Source: an uncultured Gemmatimonadales bacterium (GTDB taxonomy: Bacteria > Gemmatimonadota > Gemmatimonadetes > Longimicrobiales > Longimicrobiaceae). From it: a stretch of DNA of 64,000 nt. The stretch is taken from the NCBI GenBank assembly GCA_963716255.1, contig OY970303.1, positions 2,400,001-2,464,000 on the forward strand, given 5' to 3'. This document shows, piece by piece, positions 24,301-36,300 of the stretch (the first letter of the stretch is position 1; each line of letters begins with the position of its first letter). Below the pieces are notes generated by a model, which was not told the DNA's origin, did not search any database, and saw only the letters and a program-made list of their open reading frames with translations. The position numbers and the translations under genes are program-made.

Positions 24301-27300
24301 CCCCGCGCTCCAGCAGCACGCCCACCCGGCTCTCCGGCCCGACTCCAAGGCCGCCCAGGTGGTGCGCAAGCTGGTTCGCCCGCGCGTCCAGCTCACGGTA
24401 GGACAGCTCGATGTCGCCCCAGACCAGTACGGGCGCCTCGGGCCTCTCCTGCACCTGCAGCTCGAACAGCTCGTGGATGCAGACGCCGCGCGGGTACGGA
24501 CGCGCGGTCCGGTTCCATTCCTCCACCACCTGCGCGCGCTCGGCTCCCCTCAGCAGCGACAGCTCCGAGAGGCGCCGCTCGGGCGTGGAGACCATCGTCT
24601 CCAGCATCGTCTCCAGGTGCCCCGCCATGCGCGCAATCGTGTCCGCTTCGAAGAGCGCGGCGCGATAGGTCAGCGTCCCCGCGAGCGCCTCCCCGGCGTC
24701 GCGAAGAGCCAGGTCCAGGTCGAACTTGGCGGCACCTTCGCCTGCCCCGAACGGCTCGGCCGCCAGCTCACCCAGTACGAGCCCCGCGTGCACGGTCGAG
24801 CGTTCCAGCTCGAAGGTGACCTGGAAGACCGGGGCATGCGTCAGGCTGCGCTCCACGGCCAGCGCCTCCACCAGGCGCTCGAAGGGGAGGTCCTGGTGCT
24901 CGTAGACCCCCAGCGCCATCTCCGACACCCGCCCCAGCAGCTCGGTCCAGGTGGGATCGCCCGCCAAGTCGGCGCGAAGCGCCAGCATGTTGACGAAGAA
25001 GCCGATCAGCCCCTCCGTCTCACCCCGGGTGCGCCCCGCGATGGGGGTGCCCACCACCACGTCATCCTGCCCCGCGTAGAGTCCGAGCAGCGCCTGCCAC
25101 GCCGCCAGCGTGGTCATGAACAGCGTGGCCCCCTCGCGCCGCGAGAGCGCCCGCAGCCCCTGCGACACCTCCGCCGGGAGGGTGAAGCGGTGGGTCCCCG
25201 CACGCGCGCTCTGCCCCGCCCCGCGCGGGCGGTCCGTGGGGATCTCCAGCAGCGGGGAGGCGCCTCGCAGCTTTTCTCGCCAGAAATCGACCTGCGCCTC
25301 CAGCACGTCGCCGGCGAGCCACGCGCGCTGCCACACCGCGAAGTCGGCGTACTGCACCGGCAGCTCCGGAAGCCGCGGCTCCTCGCCCCGGCTGAAGGCG
25401 CCGTACAGGGCGGAGACCTCGCGCACCAGCACCTGCATGCTCCAGCCGTCGCTGACCACGTGGTGCAGGTTGAAGAGCAGCACGTGCTCCTCCTCGTCGA
25501 GGCGCAGCAGCGTGCTCCGGAGCAGCGGCCCGCGCGCCAGGTCGAACGGCCGCAGCGACTCCTCGACCGCCAGCCGCTCGGCCTCCGCCTCGCGCTCCGC
25601 TTCCGGGAGCGCTCCCAGCTCCAGTTCCACCAGCTCCACCGGGGCGGAGGGGTGGACGATCTGCACGGGCACGCCGCCGTCTTCGGAGAACGTGGTGCGC
25701 AGCGTCTCGTGCCGCTGCACCAGCGCGTCCAGGCTCGCCCGCAGCGCCGCCACGTCCAGCACGCCCCGCAGCCGCAGCGCGCCCGGCATGTTGTACGCGG
25801 CGCTCCCCGGCTCCAGCCGGTCCACCACCCACAGCCGCTGCTGCGCGAAGGACAGCGGCAGCGGCTCCGTCCTGGAGACCCGCTCGATCACCGGCGCCGG
25901 CGAGGTGGCCGCGCCGCGCAGCGCCACGATGCGCGCGGCCAGCGCCGCCACGGTGGGTGCCTCGAACAGCGCCCGCAGCGGCACCTCCACCCCGAACGCC
26001 TGCCGCGCACGCGACACCACCTGCGTCGCCAGCAGCGAGTGCCCGCCCAGGTCGAAGAAGCCCTCTTCCACTCCGACCCGCTCCCGCCGCAGCACCCCGG
26101 CCCAGATCCCCGCGAGGACCTCCTCGGCCTGCGTCCGCGGTGCCACGTACTCCCCCTCCGCCCCCCACCGGGGGTCCGGCAGCGCCCGCCGGTCCACCTT
26201 GCCGCTGACGCCGAGCGGCAGCGCCTCCAGCACCACGAACGCGCCCGGCACCATGTACTGCGGGAGCGCGGCCGCCACGTGCGCCCGCAGCGCGGACCCC
26301 ACGAGCTCCGCCCCTTCCTCCGCCACCACGTAGGCCACCAGGCGCTGCGCGTCCGCACGCACCACCACCACGGCCTCCCGCACTTCCGGGTGCGCGCGCA
26401 GCACCGCCTCGATCTCCCCCGGCTCGATGCGGAAGCCGCGCAGCTTGACCTGCTCGTCCATGCGCCCCAGGTACTCCAGCTCCCCCCCGGCCAGCCAGCG
26501 CGCCCGGTCGCCCGTGCGGTACATCCGCGCGCCCGGCTCCGGAGCGTAGGGATCGGGGACGAACCGCTCCGCCGTCAGCTCCGGCCGCCCGTGGTAGCCG
26601 CGCGCCGTGCCGGCTCCGCCCAGGCACAGCTCCCCGGCGATGCCGATGGGAACCGGACTCGCCACCGGGTCCAGCACGTACGCCCGCGAGTTGGCCACCG
26701 GGCGCCCGATGCGCACCCGCTCCGCCCCTCTCTCCACAATGCTCCAGGTGGAGTAGACGGTGTCCTCCGTGGGGCCGTACAGGTTGAGCACCCGCTCCGT
26801 CTCCGGACGGGCGTACAGCTCCCGCACCAGCCAGGCCGGCAGCGCCTCGCCGGCCAGGTTGAAGGCGCGCACGCTCGCCGGGATGCCGCCGCTGCGCAGC
26901 AGCTCGGCTGCCGCGCTGGGCACCGTCACCACCAGGCGTACGCTCTCGTCCGCCACGCGCGGCAGGTCGAGGACGCTCTCCACCAGCACCAGCGTGCCGC
27001 CCCAGCAGATCGTCCCGAAGATCTCGCCCACCGACACGTCGAAGGAGACGGAGGTGGAGCCCAGCACGGCGGCGCGGTCCTCCGGACGCACCACCTCGCG
27101 CAGGAAGTGCACGACCTGCGAGGCGCTGCGGTGCTCCACGAGCACCCCCTTGGGGCGGCCGGTGGACCCGGAGGTGTACAGCATGTACGCCAGGTTCCCC
27201 GGCTCGACACCGCCTGGGTGCGCGGTGTCGGGCAGGGTGGCGGCGTGCTCCGCCTCCTGGTCCAGCAGCACGCGCGCGACCCCCGCCGGGAGCCGCCCGG

Positions 27301-30300
27301 CCAGCCCCCCCTGCGATACCACCACGGTCGCGCTCGCGTTCTCCAGCATGTACTTCAGGTGCTCCGCCGGGTAGGCGGGATCCAGCGGGACGTAGGCGCC
27401 CCCCGCCTTGAGGATCCCCAGCATCGCCGCGATCATCTCCGGGCTCCGCTCCAGGCACAGCCCCACCCTCGACTCGGGGCCGACTCCGAGCGCGAGGAGG
27501 TGGTGCGCCAGGCGGTTCGCGCTCCGCTCCAGCTCCGCGTAGCTGGTCGCGCGGCCGCGGAAGCGGATCGCCGCGGCGTCCGGGGTGCGCGCCGCCTGCT
27601 CCGCGAACAGCTCGTGCACGCAGGCCTCGGGGTAGTCGGCCCCGGCGGCGTTCCACAGCTGGAGCACCTGGGCGCGCTCCGCCCCGCGCAGCAGCGACAC
27701 CTCCGAGAGCCGCCGCGTGGAATCGGCCCCCATGTCGCCCAGCAGAACCTCCAGGTGCCCGGCCATGCGCGCGATCGTCGCGGCCTCGAACAGCGACTCC
27801 CTGTAGACGAGCGCCCCGACCAGCCCCTCCCCTTCCTCCGTCATCTCCAGGTCCAGGTCGAACTTCGCCACCCCCGCCCCGGACGCGAACCGCGCCACCC
27901 CCACTTCGCCCAGCGACAGCTGGTCCCGCGCGGTGAAGCGGTTCAGCTCGAAGATCGACTGGAACAGCGGCGTGTGCCTCAGGCTGCGCTCCACCGCCAG
28001 CTCCTCCACCAGCCGCTCGAAGGGCAGATCCTGGTGCGCGTACGCACCCAGCGCCTCTTCCCGCACGCGACCCAGCAGCTCGCGCCAGGTGGGATCCCCG
28101 CCCAGGTCCGCGCGCAGCGCCAGCATGTTGACGAAGAAGCCCACCAGCCCCTCCGTCTCCACCCGCGTGCGCCCCGCCACCGGCGTGCCCACCACCACGT
28201 CGTCCTGCCCCGCGTAGCGCCCCAGCAGCGCCTGCCAGGCGGCCAGCACCGTCATGAACAGCGTCGCGCCCTGCGCCCTCGACAGCGCCCGCAGCCGCCG
28301 CGACACCTCGGGGGAGAGCGCGAAGGCATGGGTGCCGGCGCCCGCGTCCTGCCCCGCCGCGCGCGGGTGGTCGACGGGGACCTCCAGCAGCGGCGGGGCG
28401 CCGGCCAGCCGCTCCCGCCAGTAGCCGATCTGCGCTTCCAGCACGTCGCCGCTCAGCCACGCGCGCTGCCACACGGCGAAGTCGGCGTACTGCACCGGCA
28501 GCTCCGCCAGCGGCGACGGCTCGCCATGGCTGAAGGCGGCGTAGAGCGCCGAGAGCTCGCGCACCAGCACGTCCATGCTCCACCCGTCGCCGACCACGTG
28601 GTGAAGCGTGAAGCAGAGCACGTGGTCGTCCACGGCCAGGCGCAGCAGCGTGCCGCGCAGCAGCGGTCCGCGCGCCAGGTCGAAGGGCCGCAGCGCCTCC
28701 GCGCCGGCGAGCCGCTTCGCCTCCGCCTCGCGCTCGGCTTCCGGCAGCTCGCGCAGGTCGAGCACGGGCAGCGGCACCGGGGCGGGCGGGTGGATCACCT
28801 GCACGGGGGCGCCGCCCTGCTCCGCGAAGACGGTGCGCAGCGCCTCGTGCCGGCACACCAGCTCGCCCAGGCCGGCCCGCAGCGCCGCCGCGTCCAGCGC
28901 GCCGCGCAGCCGCAGCGCGCCCGCCATGTTGTAGGCGGGGCTCCCCGGCTCCAGCCGGTCCATCACCCACAGCCGCTGCTGCGCGAACGACACCGGCAGC
29001 GGCCCCTCGCGGGAAACCCGCTCGAGCGGCGGCGCGACCGCGCCTCCATCGCTCCGCAACTCCTCGACGCGCCCGGCCAGCCCCACCAGGGTCGACGCCT
29101 CGAACAACGCCCGCAGCGGCACCTCCACCCCGAACGCCTGTCGAGCACGAGAGACCACCTGTGTCGCCAGCAGCGAGTGCCCGCCCAGCTCGAAGAAGTC
29201 GTCGTGCGCCCCCACCCGCTCCACGCCCAGCACCTCGCTCCAGATCCCCGCCAGGATCTCCTCCGCCGGAGTGGAGGGCGGCGCGTACTCCCCGGAGCGG
29301 GACGCTCCGGCCTCCGGCGCGGGGAGCGCCCGCCGGTCGATCTTTCCGTTGGGGGTAAGCGGAATGCTCTCCAACTCCACGAACGCCGGCGGCACCATGT
29401 ACTCCGGCAGCCGCTCGCGAAGCCGCGCCCGCAGCTCCGCCGCGGAGACGCCGCCCGCCTCCTCCGGCACCACGTACCCCACCAGGCGCCGGTCGCCGCC
29501 CGCTTCCTCCCGCGCCACCACCACCGCCTCCCGCACCCCGGGCTGCGCCAGGAGCACCGCCTCGATCTCCCCCGGCTCGATCCGGAAGCCCCGCACCTTC
29601 ACCTGGAAGTCCGTGCGCCCGAAGTATTCCAGCTCCCCGTCCGCCCTCCACCGCACCCGGTCCATCACCCGGTACATCCGGCTACCCGCCGCCCCGAACG
29701 GGCTCGGCACGAAGCGCTCGGCCGTCAGCTCCGGACGCCCGGCGTAGCCGCGCGCCAGCCCCTCGCCCGACAGGTACAGCTCGCCCACCACCCCCACCGG
29801 CACCGGCTGCATGCGCGCGTCCAGCACGTACGCCTGCGTCCCCGCCACCGGGCGCCCCACCAGCACCTGCCCCCCGCCGCGGCGCACCAGCGAGTAGGTG
29901 GAGTAGGTGGTGTCCTCCGTGGGGCCGTACAGGTTGCCCACCTTCTCCACCGTGCCCAGCGCGTAGAGCGCCTGCGCCAGGTCGGCGGGCAGCGCCTCGC
30001 CGCCCAGGTTCAGCGTCCTCACGCTCGCCGGGATCCCGCCCGTGCGCAGCAGTTCGCGCGCGGCGGTGGGGACCATGCTCGCGTACACGACGGGCTCCCC
30101 CACCGCCGGCAGCTCCAGCGCGTTCTCCGCCAGCACCAGCTTCCCGCCCCAGCAGAGGGTGCCGAAGACCTCGGCCACCGACACGTCGAAGTTGATGGAC
30201 GTGGAGAAAAGCACCGACGAGCGCTCCTCGTCCGAGACGTGGTCGCGCAGCCAGTGCAGCAGGACCACGACCGCGGCGTGGCGGATCATCACCCCCTTGG

Positions 30301-33300
30301 GGCGGCCGGTGGAGCCGGAGGTGAAGATGACGTGCGACAGGTTGCCGGGCGCCGCCCCGCTCTCGGGCGCGCCGTCCGGCAGCGCGGAGAGCGCGTCCTG
30401 CGTCTCCGGGGCGTCGAGCGCCAGCACCTCGTGGGCGCCGGCCGGGAGGCGGTGCAGCAGCGCGGACGCGGTGAGGACCAGCGCGATGCTGGCGTCCTCG
30501 ACCATGTAGCCCAGGCGCTCGGCCGGGTACGCGGGGTCCAGGGGGACGTACGCGCCGCCGGCGCGGAGGACGGCGAGCATCGCCGCGGGGAGCGCGGGGG
30601 TGCGCGCCATGCAGATCCCCACGCGCGCCTCCGGGCCCACCCCGCGGCTGCGCAGGAGCCGCGCGAGGCGGGCGCTGGCGCGGTCCAGCTCGGCATAGGT
30701 GGTGGTCCGGCCGCGCCAGGAGACGGCGACGGCGCCGGGGGTGCGCGCCGCCTGCTCCGCGAACAGCTCGTGCACGCAGGCCTCGGGGCGGTCGGCCCCG
30801 GTGGCGTTCCACAGCTGGAGCACCTGGGCGCGCTCCGCCCCGCGCAGCAGCGACACCTCCGAGAGCCGCCGCGTGGAATCGGCCCCCATGTCGCCCAGCA
30901 GAACCTCCAGGTGCCCGGCCATGCGCGCGATCGTCGCGGCCTCGAACAGCGACTCCCTGTAGACGAGCGCCCCGACCAGCCCCTCCCCTTCCTCCGTCAT
31001 CTCCAGGTCCAGGTCGAACTTCGCCACCCCCGCCCCGGACGCGAACCGCGCCACCCCCACTTCGCCCAGCGACAGCTGGTCCCGCGCGGTGAAGCGGTTC
31101 AGCTCGAAGATCGACTGGAACAGCGGCGTGTGCCTCAGGCTGCGCTCCACCGCCAGCTCCTCCACCAGCCGCTCGAAGGGCAGATCCTGGTGCGCGTACG
31201 CACCCAGCGCCTCTTCCCGCACGCGACCCAGCAGCTCGCGCCAGGTGGGATCCCCGCCCAGGTCCGCGCGCAGCGCCAGCATGTTGACGAAGAAGCCCAC
31301 CAGCCCCTCCGTCTCCACCCGCGTGCGCCCCGCCACCGGCGTGCCCACCACCACGTCGTCCTGCCCCGCGTAGCGCCCCAGCAGCGCCTGCCAGGCGGCC
31401 AGCACCGTCATGAACAGCGTCGCGCCCTGCGCCCTCGACAGCGCCCGCAGCCGCCGCGACACCTCGGGGGAGAGCGCGAAGGCATGGGTGCCGGCGCCCG
31501 CGTCCTGCCCCGCCGCGCGCGGGTGGTCGACGGGGACCTCCAGCAGCGGCGGGGCGCCGGCCAGCCGCTCCCGCCAGTAGCCGATCTGCGCTTCCAGCAC
31601 GTCGCCGCTCAGCCACGCGCGCTGCCACACGGCGAAGTCGGCGTACTGCACCGGCAGCTCCGCCAGCGGCGACGGCTCGCCATGGCTGAAGGCGGCGTAG
31701 AGCGCCGAGAGCTCGCGCACCAGCACGTCCATGCTCCACCCGTCGCCGACCACGTGGTGAAGCGTGAAGCAGAGCACGTGGTCGTCCACGGCCAGGCGCA
31801 GCAGCGTGCCGCGCAGCAGCGGTCCGCGCGCCAGGTCGAAGGGCCGCAGCGCCTCCGCGCCGGCGAGCCGCTTCGCCTCCGCCTCGCGCTCGGCTTCCGG
31901 CAGCTCGCGCAGGTCGAGCACGGGCAGCGGCACCGGGGCGGGCGGGTGGATCACCTGCACGGGGGCGCCGCCCTGCTCCGCGAAGACGGTGCGCAGCGCC
32001 TCGTGCCGGCACACCAGCTCGCCCAGGCCGGCCCGCAGCGCCGCCGCGTCCAGCGCGCCGCGCAGCCGCAGCGCGCCCGCCATGTTGTAGGCGGGGCTCC
32101 CCGGCTCCAGCCGGTCCATCACCCACAGCCGCTGCTGCGCGAACGACACCGGCAGCGGCCCCTCGCGCGGGGCCCGCCCGATCGGCGGCACCGCCAGGGG
32201 AGTGCCGTCGCCCCGCAGCTCCTCGATGCGCGCGGCCAGGGCGGCGATGGTCGGCTCCTCGAACAGCGCGCGCAGCGGCAGCTCGACCTCGAAGGCTACG
32301 CGGATGCGCGAGAGCACCTGGGTGCCCAGCAGGGAATGGCCGCCGAGGGCGAAGAAGTCGTCGTGCACGCCCACGCGCTCCGCCCCCAGCACCTGCGTCC
32401 AGATCCCGGCCAGGATCTCCTCGACCGGGGTGGAGGGCGGCGCGTACTCCCCGGAGCGGGACGCTCCGGCCACCGGCGCGGGGAGCGCCCGCCGGTCGAT
32501 CTTTCCGCTGGGGGTGAGCGGAAGCGACTCCAGCGCCACGAACGCGGACGGCACCATGTACTCCGGCAGCCGCTCGCGAAGCCACGCGCGCAGATCCGCC
32601 GCCTCCGGCCGCGCAGCCCCGTCCGTGCCGAGGTGGTAGGCCACCAGGCGCACGCCGCCGCTCCCCTCCGGGCGCGCCGTCACCACCGCCTCCCGCACTT
32701 CCGGGTGCGCGCGCAGCACCGCCTCGATCTCCCCCGGCTCGATGCGGAAGCCGCGCAGCTTGACCTGCTCGTCCATGCGCCCCAGGTACTCCAGCTCCCC
32801 CCCGGCCAGCCAGCGCGCCCGGTCGCCCGTGCGGTACATCCGCGCGCCCGGCTCCGGAGCGTAGGGATCGGGGACGAACCGCTCCGCCGTCAGCTCCGGC
32901 CGCCCGTGGTAGCCGCGCGCCGTGCCGGCTCCGCCCAGGCACAGCTCCCCGGCGATGCCGATGGGAACCGGACTCGCCACCGGGTCCAGCACGTACGCCC
33001 GCGAGTTGGCCACCGGGCGCCCGATGCGCACCCGCTCCGCCCCTCTCTCCACAATGCTCCAGGTGGAGTAGACGGTGTCCTCCGTGGGGCCGTACAGGTT
33101 GAGCACCCGCTCCGTCTCCGGACGGGCGTACAGCTCCCGCGCCAGCCAGGCCGGCAGCGCCTCGCCGGCCAGGTTGAAGGCGCGCACGCTCGCCGGGATG
33201 CCGCCGCTGCGCAGCAGCTCGGCTGCCGCGCTGGGCACCGTCACCACCAGGCGTACGCTCTCGTCCGCCACGCACGGCAGGTCGAGGACGCTCTCCACCA

Positions 33301-36300
33301 GCACCAGCGTGCCGCCCCAGCAGATCGTCCCGAAGATCTCGCCCACCGACACGTCGAAGGAGACGGAGGTGGAGCCCAGCACGGCGGCGCGGTCCTCCGG
33401 ACGCACCACCTCGCGCAGGAAGTGCACGACCTGCGAGGCGCTGCGGTGCTCCACGAGCACCCCCTTGGGGCGGCCGGTGGACCCGGAGGTGTACAGCACG
33501 TACGCCAGGTTCGCCGGCCGCGCCGCGGCCGGGGGCGCGGTGTCCGGCTGCTCGGCGATGCGCTCCGCCTCCGCATCCAGCAGCACCCTAAATACGCCCT
33601 CCGGGAGCCGTGCCGCCAGCCGCGCCTGCGACACCACCAGGGCGGCGCCCGCGTCGGCCAGCATGTACTCCAGGCGATCCGCCGGGTAGGCGGGATCCAG
33701 CGGAACGTAGGCGCCACCGGCCTTGAGGATGCCCAGCATCGCCACCAGCATCTGCGGCGTCCGCTCCAGGCACAGACCCACCCGCGCCTCGGGGCCGACG
33801 CCGAGCGCCTGGAGGTGCCAGGCCAGCCGGTTCGCGCTCCGCTCAAGCTCGGCGTACGTGACTGTGCGCCCGCCGTAGCGGAGCGCCGCCGCGTCCGGCG
33901 TGCGGGCGGCCTGCTCCGCGAACAGCTTGTGCAGGCAGCGCTCCGGGTACGCGCGCTCCGTGGCCGTCCACTCCTCCAGAAGCTGCGCCCGCTCCGCCGG
34001 CAGGAGCAGCGGGACCTCCGCCGCGGCGAGCTCCGGGTCGGCCACCACGGCGCGCAGCGTCTCCACCAGGTGCGCGGCCATCCGCTCCACGGTGCCACCG
34101 TCGAACAGGTCCGTGGCGTACTCCAGCGCCGCCGCCAGCGCGCCCCCGCTCCGCTCCCAGGTGTAGAGCGTCAGGTCCACGATCGCCGTGCCGGCGTCCA
34201 GCGGCTCGGGAGACAGGGTCCCGCCGGGGATCTCCACCGGCTCCAGGGTGCCGTGCTGTGGCGCGAGCATCACCTGGAAGAGCGGGTTCCGGCTGAGGTC
34301 GCGCTCGGTCTGCACCTCCTCCACCAGCCGCTCGAACGGCAGGTCCTGCCGGCCGAAGGCCTCCAGCACCGCGGTGCGCGCCCGCCCCAGCAGCGCGCGG
34401 AAGCCCTCCTCCGGCGCCACCTTCACCCGCAGCACCAGCGTGTTGACGAACATCCCGACGAGGCCGGCGACTTCGGACCGGTCGCGGCTGGACACCGTCA
34501 TCCCGACGACGACGTCCTCCTCCCCGCTGTAGCGCGCCAGGAGCAGCTCCCAAGCGGCCAGCAGCGCCATGAACGGCGTCGCCCCCTCACCCCGGGCGAG
34601 CGCGCGCACTCCGTCCATCACCTCCGCCGGCACCTCGAAGCGGTGCGTCGCCCCCCGGAAGCTCTGCACCGGCGGGCGCGGGCGGTCCGTGGGCAGCGCC
34701 AGCGGCGCCACGCCCCGCAGGCGCTCGCGCCAGTAGGCGAGCTGCTCCTCCACCACCTCGCCGCGCAGCGCCTCGCGACGCCGCAGCACCCAGTCGGCGT
34801 ACTGCGCCGGCAGCGGCGGCAGCGGCGAGGGCTCGCCCGCGAGCATGGCCGGGTAGAGCGCGCTCAGCTCCCGCACCAGCACTCCGGCCGACCCCCCGTC
34901 GCTGACGATGTGGTGCATCCCCAGCACCAGCAGGCGCTCGTCAACGTCCAGCCGCAGCAGCCGCGCGCGGAAGAGCGGCCCCGTCTCCAGGTCGAACGGC
35001 GCGCGCGCCACCGCCTCGGCAGCGCGCCGCGCAGCGCCCTCACGCTGCTGCGGCTCCAGCCGCGACAGGTCCACCTCCGGCAGCGGCAGCGCCCCGGCGG
35101 GCAGCACCCGCTGCACCGGCCGTCCACTGGCGTCGGCGAACACGGTGCGCAGCACGTCGTGCCGGCGCACGATCTCCTCCACACTGCGCCGCAGCGCGCC
35201 CGCGTCCACCGCGCCGCGCACGCGCAGCGCACCGGCCAGGTTGTACGCCGTGCTCCCCGGCAGCAGACGGTCCAGGAACCAGAGCCGCTCCTGCGCGAAC
35301 GACAGCGGCGCCTCCTCCGCCGCCGCGGACGCCGGCACCCCGGCCTCCGCCGCGAAGATCTCCTGGAGGAGCTCCGCCGCCAGCCGGTCGATGCGCGTGT
35401 CGTCCAGCAGCGACGAGATCGGCACCGCCGCCCCCAGGCTCGCCTCAAGCGACCCCTTCAGCTCCATCGCCCGCAGCGAGTCCAGCCCCAGCGCCACCAG
35501 GGGCTGCCCCCGGTCCACTCCCGCCGCATCCAACCCAAGCACCTGCGCCGCACGCTCCACCAGCAGCGCCTCCAGCAGCGTCTGCCGCTCCCCGGCGTCC
35601 GCGGCCTCCAGCCCCTCGCGCGTCAGCCCCGCCGTGACCGGCCGCGCCGCCGCGCTCTCCGTCTCCGCACGCACGCTCTGCCCCACCAGGGGGAGCTCAC
35701 CGGCCAGGAGCTGCGCCCGGCACGCCCGCCGCTGGACCTTGCCGCTGCTCGTCTTCGGCACCCCGCCCGGACGCACCAGCGCCACCCTGTGCACCTGCAC
35801 CCCGTGCTCCGCCGCCACCACCCGCCGGATCGCACCCGCCACCTCCTCCACGTCCGCTCCCGCCACCGCCTGCCGCGACACCTCGTGCACCACCGCCAGG
35901 CGCTCCTCCCCCGCCTCCTCCACGCTGAACGCCGCCCCGCCCCCCGGACGCAGAACCGCGTGGCTCCCCACCGCCGTCGCCTCGATGTCCTGCGGGTAGT
36001 GGTTGCGACCCCGGATCACGATCAGGTCCTTGAGCCGTCCCGTGATGAACAGCTCCCTCTCCCCGTCCACGAACCCCAGGTCCCCCGTGCGCAGGTACGG
36101 CCCCTCCCCCGTCCCCGCCTCGAACGCGCAGAAGGTCTCCGCCGTCGCCTCCGCCCGCCCCCAGTACCCCTGCGCCACGCTCGCCCCCGACACCCACACC
36201 TCCCCCACCCGGTCCGGCGCGCACTCCCGCAGCGTCCCCGGGTCCACGATCCGCACCCGCTGCGACGCCGCGCTCCGACCGCTCCCCACCAGGCGGTACT

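Larger units (their letters stand above)
26373..33498. repeat. Direct repeat pair 26373-27183 / 32688-33498 (A3 = A1 core, offset 6315)
   Basis: Near-identical DNA. Confidence 0.9.
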
